From assembly GCF_001194135.2 (NCBI RefSeq), contig NC_069007.1, positions 11,682,352 to 11,721,305 on the forward strand: a DNA stretch of 38,954 nt, written 5' to 3'. Every line of letters begins with the position of its first letter. Positions within the stretch are counted from its first letter, which is position 1. A program made the translations under genes and the position numbers. Shown here piece after piece: positions 1-12,058 of the stretch. Under the pieces are notes generated by a model that was not told the origin of the DNA, made no database searches, and saw only the letters and a list, made by a program, of their open reading frames with translations. Origin of the DNA: Octopus bimaculoides. Taxonomy: Eukaryota.

Positions 1-210
1 TATATATACATACATACATGCATATGTATATACATACATACATGCATGTATATGTACATATATACATACACACACATGCACATATACATAGTACCCACAT
101 ACATACACATATTCACATACATATACATACATACTCACATACACACACACATACATATATACTTACATAAACATATATACATACAAACACACATACATGT
201 GTTTGGCATG

Positions 211-345
211 TTTCAATAGCCGTCTCCTAAATCCACCCATAAGTCTTTGGTCGACTCGATGCTACAACAGAAGACACTTACCCAAGGTGACACGCAGTGG
301 GATTGAACCTGAAACTGCATAGCTGGAAATTGAACTCCTTAACCA
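211..345 (-). mobile_element. tRNA-derived SINE head fragment (family A)
   Basis: Reverse strand has B-box-like GGTTCAATCCC followed by CACCTTGGGTAAGTGTCTTCT, matching fuller copies at 811-1262 and 37096-37507. Confidence 0.75.
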
Positions 346-369
346 TGCACCTTTGTCTATACACACACC

Positions 370-765
370 CATCATCATCATCATCATTATCATCATCGTC
401 ATCATCGTTTACTGTCTGCTTTCCATGCTGGCATGGGTTGGATAGTTTGACTGAAGCCAACACCAGGCTCCAATCTGATCTGGCAAAGTTTCTACAGCTG
501 GATGCCCTTCTTAACGCCAACCACTCTGAAAGTGTAGTAGGTGCTTTTTACATGCCACCGGCACAAGAGCCACTCAGGCAGCACTAGCAACGACTACGCT
601 TGAATGGTGCTGTTTATGTGCCACCGGCACAGGATCCAGTTGGGTGGTATACTGGCAACGACCTCACTTGGATAGTATTTTTTACATGCCACTGGCACAC
701 AAACCAGTCAGGCGGCACTGGCAAAGACAATGCCAGATTGGTGTTTTTTACATGCCACCAGCACA
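370..765 (-). mobile_element. SINE 3' part with RTE-like tail and internal ~67-bp minisatellite (family B)
   Basis: Reverse strand reads GAAGGGCATCCAGCTGTAGAAAC...CCAACCCATGCCAGCATGGAAAG then (GAT)n; repeat cores GTGCTTTTTACATGCCACCGGCAC start at 541, 607, 675 and 741. Confidence 0.75.
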
Positions 766-810
766 CAATATACATGTATATATATGTGTATGTATGTATA
801 TATATATATA

Positions 811-1262
811 TACTCTTTTTTACTCTTTTACTTGTTTCAGTCTTTTGACTGTGGCCATGCTGGAGCACCGCCTTTAGTCGAGCAAATCGACCCCAGGACT
901 TATTCTTTAGAAGCCTAGTACTTATTCTATCAGTCTCTTTTGCTGAACCACTAAGTTACGGGGACATAAACACACCAGCATCAGTTGTCAAGCAATGTTG
1001 GGGGGACAAACACAGACATACAAACACATACACACAAACACATACACACAAACACATACACACATACATATATATATATACATATATACGACATATATAC
1101 GACGGGCTTCTTTCAGTTTCCGTCTACCAAATCCACTCACAAGGCTTTGGTCGGCCCGAGGCTATAGTAGAAGACACTTGCCCAAGATACCACGCAGTGG
1201 GACTGAACCCGGGACCATGTGGTTGGTAAGCAAGCTACTTACCACACTGCCACTCCTACGCC
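811..1262 (-). mobile_element. Full-length SINE: tRNA head, body, internal (TG/TA)n, tail ending (TAAAAGAG)n (family A/C)
   Basis: Head with A/B-box-like motifs at 1190-1262, body, microsatellite 1015-1100, tail ...GACTGAAACAAGTAAAAGAGTAAAA; same architecture at 30389-30920 and 37096-37507. Confidence 0.85.
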
Positions 1263-1552
1263 TATATATATATTTAAAATGGAGACACTGCACAATGTAG
1301 TCCAAGACAGAGTACAAATAGATAGCATGGTGGTGATCTCTGGATTGTCTTTGATCAAAGGGGTGGTCATTTAAGACTGCCCTGGAGTTAAACATCAATG
1401 ACATTTGCAAAAACAAACAGGTAGACTTGAAATAATTTACAAAAAGGAAACACCACCACCACGACCTCCATCACCACCATCATACGACCTCCATCACCAC
1501 GATTACATAATGACAACAACAACAATACAAAACCATGCTTTGACTGGACATA

Positions 1553-1700
1553 CTGTGTATGTTTGTAAGCTTGCTTCCCAACCCACATGGTTCCAGGTTT
1601 TGTGACACCTTGGGCAAGTGTCTTGTACTATAGCCTCAAGCCAACCAAAGCCTTGTGAGTGGATTTGGTAGACTGGAAACTGAAAGAAGCCCGTCGTATA
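1553..1700 (+). mobile_element. Family A SINE head/body fragment
   Basis: CACCTTGGGCAAGTGTCTTGTACTATAGCC...GAAACTGAAAGAAGCCCGTCG; followed by a minus-strand tail fragment at 1715-1808. Confidence 0.8.
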
Positions 1701-1854
1701 TATATTTGTATATTCTTTCACTCTTTTATTCTTTTATTTGTTTCAGTCGTTTGACTGCGACCATGCTGGAGTACCACTTTTAGTTAAACAAATCAACACC
1801 AGGACTTATGACCGATTATAATCGGTCATAATGTCTTACGTTTAAGATGATTCC

Positions 1855-1953
1855 CATGCTTTCCCTGATGAGAAGGTTACAATTTTAATATCAAAGATCC
1901 CTATGGATCACACAGGTTGTAATCCTTTGAAACATATGTAGGAATAAAGTATG
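1855..1953 (+). ncRNA. Type I hammerhead ribozyme
   Basis: CTGATGA at 1865-1871; stem II GAAGGTTACAA/TTGTAATCCTTT with inner hairpin GATCC-CTAT-GGATC; GAAA at 1929-1932; short stem III AC-ATAT-GT; cleavage triplet GTA at 1938-1940; bulged stem I CATGCTTTCC/GGAATAAAGTATG. Confidence 0.8.
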
Positions 1954-2143
1954 CAATTATAACATGCGTTTTCTCCAATCCTTAAATTCTTAAATATACT
2001 CAAATACCCAAAATTTCAAGGAGTTCCTGCCTTAAAAACAGGAGCTAACCACAGTTATTTTGTGTTCTTTGCTACATTGGTTTCTATTAACCCATTTATT
2101 CTATCAGAAGAATTTTTATTCATTAAGATAGAAGAAATACACA

Positions 2144-2245
<102 letters not shown>

Positions 2246-2824
2246 TATATCAGCAGAAAAGAAGATAGATTTGTCGTTCTTTACTTGCTTATAACTGTAA
2301 CGCATGGCCTGAGAGTAGTTTAACTGCTATTTTCAGCATGTCCAGTGATCACATAAGGCCTGTCTTATTTGTATGCTTGTGTTGTTGCTGTTTTTTTGTG
2401 AGTTTTCCCTAAATTCTTTCTAGTTTTCCTACTTGTCGTTGTAAAAGTCATTGTTGTTGAACCCCACTGTCAATATTGTAGGAGCTGCAGCCCTATTATC
2501 AAAGACAATCCAGTCACGACCACACCATCTTCTAAACACTACATAGGACTTGGTTGTCCAGTGTCTCCTTTAGTTTTAAAACAGCTGGGTTTTGGCTGTT
2601 GTGTCTAGCATACAGAGCAACCACTTACAGGTTAAGCTCTCTTTCTCTCTCTCATAGTTGTTGTTGCTGCTGCTCCCACTGCTGCCACTGAAAGCAGCTG
2701 CTGATTGGTGTTGCTGTTGTTGTTGTTGTTGTTTTTATTGCTGTTGTGGTCATCTTTGTTGTTGTTGTTGTGTTTGGCGTCTCTTTCAAACCTGGATCAC
2801 AGCATGTAAGGATCATTGATTGGA

Positions 2825-2864
2825 GTTTACCACCACCGCCACCTCCACCACTGCTGCAACCACC

Positions 2865-2896
<32 letters not shown>

Positions 2897-3052
2897 ACCA
2901 CTGCTAATACTACAACCAATCCAACTATTGATACTACTATTACACTATACAGCTACTACTTCTTTCAATGCTAATACTACCACCACCACCACCACCACTA
3001 TTACCAATACTACTACTAATACAACTACTACTACTGCTACTAATTCAATAAA

Positions 3053-3083
<31 letters not shown>

Positions 3084-3085
3084 GT
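2825..3085. repeat. (ACC/ACT)n trinucleotide low-complexity tract
   Basis: Imperfect CAC/TAC/ACT arrays seen directly. Confidence 0.9.
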
Positions 3086-3690
3086 TGTTAATTGCAACAA
3101 TAACATTAGCATTTTGTTTCTATCCCCTCTCCTCTTACTTCTCCTCTTTCCTTCTACTCCTCCTCTTCCTCCTCCTCCTTGCTAAAGGGCTCTTCTCGCT
3201 ATGAAAGGAATGAGAGGAGGTGGAGGAGGCACTAGAGAGGTGTTTAAATGCAGATTACGGAGCACACACATACACACACGCACCACAATAGCCAAGAATC
3301 CTACACACACACACACACACATACACTAGCATATGCACACATGCTCTAACAAAAGCACACACACTTATACATACACATACAGCACTGTGTTAGTGTCACA
3401 TAAACAGTAACACAATTGCACATACACTCATACAATCACACACACACACACACAGTGACACTACCGGTTGTTTCTTTTCGCTTTTAAAACTTACACACAC
3501 ACATACACACATATAAATGCACACACACATGCACATACACTACGTCAGTATCACATATATCCCTTTCCCCAGTATATTACTGTTACACATTTTCTGATGG
3601 CATTTCTTGTTCCACCCCATCAATCTCACCAATTCCTTCAACATCTTTCTCATCTTTCCTTCAACACAGAAGTTTACACCAAACACACAG

Positions 3691-3723
<33 letters not shown>

Positions 3724-5075
3724 AGCAAGCAAACCTAAGCCTGTCTGCCTCACTGCACATACACACGCACACACAAATACCTGAGCACACCTGAATACGC
3801 ATATGTATACACACACGTATACTTACTGCATATATATGCATGCATAAAGACATACATAACCAATTACTGCACACATACATACAAATACACCAATAAATGC
3901 ACACACACACACAAACTTATTTCCATTCATACATGTAAAATACACACACACATACATGAATACACAGACATACACGCATGCATAACCTTAAGTCTTCCTC
4001 CATCTCTCCGTGTACAAATAATATGTGCGTAAACACACACACAAACATACACATACACTCACTATTCATTCACACACACACACACACTCAGACATGTGCA
4101 CACATATACACACATATTAAGCCAAACAAACAAACACACAGACATGCTAACACCAAAGCTGTTATGTAGTAAATTGATGTGCTAGAAACAGCAGCCAAAG
4201 TACAGTCCTTCCCCACCCCCGTTATTCTTCAATCACATCCCAGCATTTGAGTAAAAAAAAAGAAAATAATGGTATATTGTTGGTATTGATAAAGAGTTAG
4301 TGAAAATAAGATTGGTGGTTCATGGATGGAGAGTCTTTTATCAAATCAACTTGACCAGAGATGACTTGAGGCCAAACTACACACATATATATGCACATGT
4401 GCATGTATACACATACACAAATTACATAAATATACATACACACACACACACATATACACCCTCATATAAACACACATATATATGAAGAAAATGAGCCCAA
4501 GTAATCTGTGATTCTCTGTGAGTATTTGGTCAAATTAAATTACTGTCCTTCTCTACCATTTAATCTTGGTTCTTGTGTGACTTTCTCTCCACGACCTTCC
4601 CTCCAGCTCTGAACCCTTGTATACCTGCCCTGGCTGCTATTTGAACCTGGAACGGTAAAGACACTGGGAGTTTACATAGAATATTGGTGTTCTCAGACTA
4701 TAGAGTTGTGAGATGTTATGAGGTACCTATGTGTGTGTGTGTGTGTGACTATCTAAGTGTGTGTGTATGTCTGTGAACGGACCAACCACAGAACTTTTCA
4801 AGTGTATTCACGACTACTACTACTACTACTACTACAACCATAACTACTACCACCACCGCTACCTCTATTATTAATCAATGTCATAATGATTTCTAGCATT
4901 GGACGAGGGCTGTTACAACTAAACTAATGAAACGCACGCGCATGTATCAGTATGCATGCATTACACATGCACATCCACATAGACATGTATGCATAAAGAC
5001 ACGCACATACACATACACACACGTGTGTGCATGCATGCAGACACACACACACAAACATCACGCACTTTAAATTAC

Positions 5076-5128
<53 letters not shown>

Positions 5129-5362
5129 ATGTATATGCATCAACACATACATGTTAACATGCAATGTGTATAAGTATATTACTACATGCACACTTGCATG
5201 CATGTATATCTTTATGTACACATGGATGAAAATACACGAGATATAAACACATGCACACATCGAAAGAGCATGTATGCACATATACACACATGCAATAAAA
5301 TATAGCTACTCAAAAAAATATGCATTTATATATATATTATATATTAGCGTATATAACTATAT

Positions 5363-5437
5363 AGCCGGCCCTCAGTCAAACCGTCCAACCCATGCCAGCA
5401 TGGAAAGTGGACGTTAAACAACAATGATGATGATGAC
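5363..5437 (+). mobile_element. RTE-like SINE tail fragment (family B)
   Basis: CAGTCAAACCGTCCAACCCATGCCAGCATGGAAAGTGGACGTTAAAC followed by (ATG)n. Confidence 0.8.
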
Positions 5438-5634
5438 TACAGGAATGTATACATTATAATATACACATATATATGCTCATGTAAACACCTACACATGTAA
5501 ATAAGTATACTTTTGTATGAAAAAGCATATATATAGATTGAGATATATGTACACAGACTTATATACATACATGTGTATATATTATATTATGTAATCTATG
5601 TATAGCTATTGTTATTTATAATGCTTGCCTGCAG

Positions 5635-6220
5635 TTTGGGTGGTTGCATGGAGTGGTAAAGAACTGATAGGCAACTACCTCCCCGACTGTGGGATTTCAT
5701 GTGCGATACCACTGCAAACTTTCCGCTACCGCTGCCACTGTGACAGAAAAAAGGAAAGCGACAACAACAACAACAATGGAAACAGAACCGTGACCACTTC
5801 TACGGATAGTGCAGGGACGCGGCTCTTGAGCAAAACACTCTTGCTAAACAGCACCAGCAACAACGGCAACAACAACAACAACAACAGCATTAACAACAAT
5901 ACCAACAACATGTACAACCATCAGAACCATTGTTACATTGTGTGCCGACACCAATAATACCGTGAGCACCAGTGTCATAAGTAGTCTTTGAACTACTACT
6001 ACTACTGCTGCTGCTGCTACTACTACTACTACTAATACTACTACTACTACAAGGAACAAGTTTTCTTACTGTTTTACAAATCAAGCAATAAACTATTCAC
6101 AAAGGATATATTTATATATATATATACACATATACATACATATAACATACATATATATATATATATACATACATATATATATATACATATATATATATAC
6201 ATATATAGATAAATAGCTAT

Positions 6221-6261
<41 letters not shown>

Positions 6262-6361
6262 CATACATATATAAATATATATATATATGCACATAAATAC
6301 ATACATATATATATGTGTATATATACATATATAAATACTTATACATACATATATTCATGTC
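5635..6361 (+). other. Probable 5' UTR of host gene exon
   Basis: Possible acceptor TTGCCTGCAG at 5625-5634, locally raised CpG density in 5670-5965, and no convincing donor before the ATG at 6362; includes (AAC)n, (ACT)n and (TA)n tracts. Confidence 0.35.
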
Positions 6362-6412
6362 ATGGCTCTTGCTCAGAAGCCGAAGGGATCTTTAAGTCCT
6401 CGACGCCGAAAG
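6362..6412 (+). CDS. Probable first coding exon of an unidentified host gene ([17 protein letters not shown])
   Basis: 51-nt CpG-containing non-repetitive island between TA-rich microsatellites; starts at ATG and ends at a consensus phase-0 donor AAG|GTAAGT; no acceptor immediately upstream. Confidence 0.6.
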
Positions 6413-6483
6413 GTAAGTCAATATAAAAATAAATATACATATATACTTATATATACTTACATGCATATCAGATATATATATAC

Positions 6484-6543
<60 letters not shown>

Positions 6544-6699
6544 ATATATATATATGATCACAATGAGGCTTAATTATATCAATCAGCATCATCATCATTA
6601 CCATCATCATCATTACCATCATCATCATCATTAATGGATTTTATATCGGGAATCATTATTTTATTTGCAAGTCTTTCCCTTTTTCATTCTTCATATTTT

Positions 6700-6990
6700 T
6701 TTTCCTTCTCTTCTCTTCTCTCCTTCTTCGTTCACTTTCTTCTTCCTCGTCTTCTTTCTTTCTTTCTTTCCTTCCTTCCTTCCGTCTGTCTGTCTGACAG
6801 TTCCCCCGCTTACTGCCTCCACCCTCCACTGTTATCTCTCATCAACTTCAGTAATTCTTCATTTTTTTTTACCTTTCCTTCTGCCATCTTTTCTTCTTCT
6901 TCTTCTTCTTCTTCTTCTTCTTCTTTCTTCTTCTTCTTCTTCTTCTTCTGCCTTTTCTTCTTCTTCTTCCTTTTCTTCTTCTTCTCTCAT
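6700..6990. repeat. Polypyrimidine (TTC)n/(TTCC)n tract
   Basis: Direct inspection. Confidence 0.9.
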
Positions 6991-7606
6991 TCTTCCTCAG
7001 TCTCGCCCCCCACCCACCTCAATCTTTCCTCCTCCTGTCCATCTGTCCTGTCCTCAATAGGTCACTGGGTGACACACAGACAACATCTACACCACACCTT
7101 TTACCCCTGATCTATTACTCACAGTACGATGACTTAAAGCTTCAAATGTCAATGGTTCAAGTTCAATCCCTCCTCTCTTCGGCTCCACTTTTTATATCAG
7201 TGCATTCCTTTTCATTCAGTTTTTGCAATTATCTATTCTCTGGTGGCAGGCATGGCTAGAGTGTCAATAACAATACAATTTTTCACTGTAGTAGCTTTTA
7301 GCTCCAGCGTTTTTCTGATTGAGTGTGAAAATCCATAATCAAAAGCATTCTAACCATGACCAACACATCTGTGGTTCTTTTCTCAGTTTTTGTGTATATT
7401 TAGGATTAGATGTTAGCAGGGTGTTATTTGAGGAAGATTTGGCTGCTGTTTCTAGCATGCCAACCAGCCTTGTAGATGTTCCCACTTGTGTGATTTGAAG
7501 GTGATTCAGTTGCTATTTCTAACATGTTGAATGACTACATCAATCCTCTCCCTTAATTAAACCATTACTACATCACTATACCAGTTATATACTCAGGTGA
7601 ATGTAT

Positions 7607-7696
<90 letters not shown>

Positions 7697-7889
7697 GTAT
7701 ATATATATAATGTATGTATGCACACACAGGTACACACACACATACATATACACACATACACACACACATATGCGCATGCACACACAGACAAATACACAAT
7801 ATATTCCGGTCTTATAACAAATGAAAACTGTGATGGTTGTGGTGGTGGTGGTGGAAGCTGGTAGAACTAACAGAGTACCTCTTTGTGTT

Positions 7890-8560
7890 TTTTAAGTTCA
7901 AATTCTGTTTATCATCTTTGCAGAGGTTGATAAAATAAAGTACCAGTAAAATACTGGGGTATACACACCTTCTCTCAATACGTGTGGCAGTACATCTCTG
8001 TTAGCTACCGTTCGGAAACTTTTATACCCTGAGTTCAAATCTAACCAAGGTCACTTCATTTGTTATCCTCCTAGGATCAATGAAATAAACTACAAGTAAA
8101 ATATTGGGGGTCAATGTGATTTACAATATCTTTGGCCTTTTTCCTGTGTTATTTATGAACCTTTATATTGTAAGTTCAATCCCTGTTGATGTCAGCTTTC
8201 TCATTCACCCTTCTGGGGTCGATAAAATAAAGTAGCAGTAAAATACTGGGGTTGATGAAGGTGTGGGGTTGACTACATCGACCCCACACCTTCCCTCAGA
8301 ATGTGTGACATTTTGTCTACATTAGAAGCCACTAAGGGAGCAATCATTGGCAGTATAACCGGTAGAGCAGGAGGCAAAGTGTCTTGTGGTATCTAGTTGC
8401 ATGCTTTTATGTGGCAGGTTCAAATCCTGCCTAGGTTGACTTAGCCTTTCATCTTTCCACGGTCAATAAAATTCTGTACCAGTTCTATACTGGAGTCTTT
8501 TCATTCACTATACTCCCCCTCTCCCCAAATGTTGTGGCCCTTGTGCCAATGTACACTAAT
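7890..8560 (+). mobile_element. Cluster of four co-oriented degenerate family D SINE remnants
   Basis: GTTCAAAT...GATAAAATAAAGTACCAGTAAAATACTGGGGT-type motif recurs at about 7897, 8028, 8170 and 8417. Confidence 0.6.
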
Positions 8561-9771
8561 TAACTTTATTATTTCGTTGCTGCTGCTGCTGGTGCCGGTG
8601 ATGTTAGTGTTGCCTGTACTACTGCTGCTGCTGCTGTTTATTTTTTGGTGGGGGAGTAAAAATCAGACAGAAAATTAAGTGCTGTGTTCCCCCCCCCCCA
8701 CACACACACACACCACCACCACCACCAGCTCACCTCTTTTACTAAGTCCACCTTGGAGCTCTCAAGTGAAAGTGGGAGCAGCTGAGTGGTTATTTGACCT
8801 ACAAGAAATAACAGCAAACATCTCCTTCAAATCAAACTTCTCCATCTTAAAAATAAAGACGGTGGATAATGAGATTTTTGGTTCACTGCACAAGATGGTC
8901 ATGTCAGGAAGGCCTTTGATAATAAGCCATCTCAGTCAGTACATCTGTGGTTAAACAACAACACCTAACACCCCACCACATGCCTAATTCTAACCCAGTG
9001 TTGTTCTTGTGATTTAGCTCATGTTATTGTTGTTATTTAGCCCTAGGTCAGCTCCTGGTCATGACCATCTTATCATACTCCTAAATGCAAGGGCCATAAG
9101 GCCACAAAATTTCTTCACCACGTACCACCTGCTTTTATTTTTGAAGTAGATTTTGAATGTAATTTGAGGAAGATTTGACTACCATTTCTGAATTGTCAGA
9201 TAACCATGTAGATGCTCTCTCATTAGTTTCCCAACTGTGACCCTGTTATTAAGGGTCACAGGTGGGAGCAGAAATTTGAGGGTGCAGCCCTTAGACCTTT
9301 TATTATGATTATTACAATGAAATACTCCATGGAGTTCAAATCCTTGGTTGATAAAATAATAAATACCAGTAAACTATTGGGGTGGATTCAGGTACCAGTA
9401 GGCTACTGGGGTGGATTAAATCAACTACAGTCCTGCCCACTAATAAGTGTCTAGCCTTGTGCTTGACTTTGGTGTTGTTTAACCCAAGGCTGTCCCCGAT
9501 TGAGTTGTAGATGTATAATCAGAGGTATTCCAACCATGACTATCCTGGTATATCAGAGAGTCCATTATTTACAGGTGGTGAGTTGGTGGTGGAGTCATTA
9601 GGGTATCAGGTACAGGATACCTTGTGGCCTTTTTGTTGGTTCTCAGCACTCTGAGTTCAAATCTCTCTAAGGTCAGTTTTGCTTTTCACTTTTTGGAGGC
9701 CAATACATAAAATACCATTCAAATACTGAAGTTAATTTTTTCCTTCTCTCTCGATCTCTCCACCACATCTC

Positions 9772-9814
<43 letters not shown>

Positions 9815-10340
9815 NNNNNNNNNNNNNNNNNNNNNNNNNNNNNNNNNNNNNNNNNNNNNNNNNNNNNNNNNNNNNNNNNNNNNNNNNNNNNNNNNNNNNN
9901 NNNNNNNNNNNNNNNNNNNNNNNNNNNNNNNNNNNNNNNNNNNNNNNNNNNNNNNNNNNNNNNNNNNNNNNNNNNNNNNNNNNNNNNNNNNNNNNNNNNN
10001 NNNNNNNNNNNNNNNNNNNNNNNNNNNNNNNNNNNNNNNNNNNNNNNNNNNNNNNNNNNNNNNNNNNNNNNNNNNNNNNNNNNNNNNNNNNNNNNNNNNN
10101 NNNNNNNNNNNNNNNNNNNNNNNNNNNNNNNNNNNNNNNNNNNNNNNNNNNNNNNNNNNNNNNNNNNNNNNNNNNNNNNNNNNNNNNNNNNNNNNNNNNN
10201 NNNNNNNNNNNNNNNNNNNNNNNNNNNNNNNNNNNNNNNNNNNNNNNNNNNNNNNNNNNNNNNNNNNNNNNNNNNNNNNNNNNNNNNNNNNNNNNNNNNN
10301 NNNNNNNNNNNNNNNNNNNNNNNNNNNNNNNNNNNNNNNT
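9815..10340. other. Assembly gap (others at 17165-17652, 18743-19334, 19930-20128, 23029-23256, 23871-23880, 27374-27688, 30582-30591)
   Basis: N-runs bounded by (CT)n or (TA)n microsatellites. Confidence 0.98.
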
Positions 10341-10844
10341 ATATATATATATATGCACCAAACAATTTCAAAGACTATATTTAGTTATACAACATAATTA
10401 GTTAAAATGACTGACGTGTTTCTGCTGCACAGATTATGTGCAGTTGTGTTTGCAACCTACAATGTTCTGCTATGCACCTTCATTCAGGGTCTTCCTGCAT
10501 GCATGGTTCCAAGCAAACTGAGTTTAATTATTCATGATTAGATTATTTTATTATTTAAGTTAAAAAAGGAAAGTGAAGGGCACATATTCATGGTTAGATT
10601 TTTTTTATTAAGATACAAAAGGAAAGTGCAGGAGACATGTTGAAATCTGATATGGCTATAAAATTTATTTTGTAGTTCACCTCAAGTGAACCTTAGTTCC
10701 AGGACAAAATACTCATATACAGAGTGCGAGGGGTATTTGAGGACAGTTTTGGTATACAATAAAATAACTATATTCCAGCATGAATTAATATGTATTTGAA
10801 TAAACATTTGTGCAGTTAGTCTTAATAAGGATGTTTTAAGCAAA

Positions 10845-11878
10845 TTATTCTATGAAACTGCCTTCGGTTTCGATGGCTGCTTCACTGCAGGACTAAAACT
10901 GCTGGTATGCTGACACTGTATGGTCCTTATTCATTTTGGACGTCACCTGGACAATGGTGGCCTTCAGTGAAGCTATGGTGTTATGAGGATGATGATTAGT
11001 CTGCCTTTCAACAGTGCTCCACACATAGTAGTCCATGGGATTCCAGTCTGGGGTGTTTGGAGGCCACATATTGGGTGTAAAGATTGTCTGACAACCATTC
11101 TTGGGTGACAAGAGCCTCGTGAGAAGGTGCTGAGTCTTGTTGAAACACGTATGGCCTTCCATTGCATACTTCATCAATCCAGGGCTTTATAACAGTTTCC
11201 TGTACCTCAATGTATCCAGCAGCATTAATTCTAAGACCCTGTGGAAAGAAGTGGGGAGGCATCACATGACCTTTGCAACTCACCATTCCTAAAACCATCA
11301 CAGTTGCTGGAAATTTTGTGTGTAACACTCTGGGTACTTCAGAAGGATCTGCACATAACCACCTGTCATTTCATCTGTTAGACTTTTGATCCTGGTCAAA
11401 GTTTTGTTTGTCAGAGAAAAACCAAAGCATGTCTTGTTCATGAGGGTTTTTCACTTTAATGAATAATCGTTTTGAACAGATGAGACAGTTTTCTTGTGTC
11501 TTTGCAGACACAAATTAGCCTTTCCTCATTACATAGGACTTGTTTTCAAATGTCATGATGTACCACAGTTCTGGTAGTCCACTCTGATACCCAAAGTTCT
11601 TTTGCAATGGACCTCATTGATCTTCTGGTGTTTTCATCGAAAATGTTTTGAACATGTATAAATTCCGGTGTCCTTTTAGTGTCTGAACATTCTGAATGTT
11701 TTTTTTCTCTTTGATACAGCTGAAACATTACTATCACATGCCTTCAGTTCCAACCGAACTTTGTGTAAAAATGATCTTGAAAGTTCCTCATTTCTAGAAA
11801 GTTCCTTATTTCTAAATCATTCTGGTTTGTATGTGTAGCAACTATGACTGCATGTCTTTTAATTCCTTGAGTTAGCAT
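10845..11878 (-). pseudogene. Decayed near full-length Tc1/mariner-superfamily transposase, maT/DD37D-like
   Basis: Reverse-strand motifs in order: MLTQG..KRHAVIV, RRSMRSIAKEL, WFFSDKQNFDQDQK, TKFPATVMVLG, FQQDSAPSH, WPPNTPDWNPMDYYVW, EAAIETEGSFIE*; contains stops and frameshifts. Possible element end TA|CAGAGTG at 10718-10726; the other TIR was not found. Confidence 0.85.
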
Positions 11879-12058
11879 GATATCTTGAAAGGGTTACCTG
11901 AAAAAAACAAAAATGATACACTAAGTAATTTGAAGGTGTAATGAACTGCAAACAAAATATTCCCGATAAATTAAATACTAGTTACACACTGAGTTGATGT
12001 AATCAACTGGTCCCCTCCCCCAAAATTTCAGGCCTTGTGCCCATAGTAGAAAAGACTA

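Noticed and set aside
541-765. CRISPR-like repeat-spacer look (also 21618-21987)
   Set aside because: The spacers are homologous to one another or absent, the arrays lie inside SINEs, the DNA is eukaryotic and there are no cas genes.
5625-5957. 110-aa Asn-rich ORF
   Set aside because: TTG start, low-complexity (AAC)n, and it ends without a donor; better explained as UTR, though not excluded as a uORF.
6634-7110. 158-aa Phe/Ser-rich ORF and the many IY/HT/CV-repeat ORFs, including those spanning N gaps
   Set aside because: Translations of microsatellites and gaps, with no domain content.
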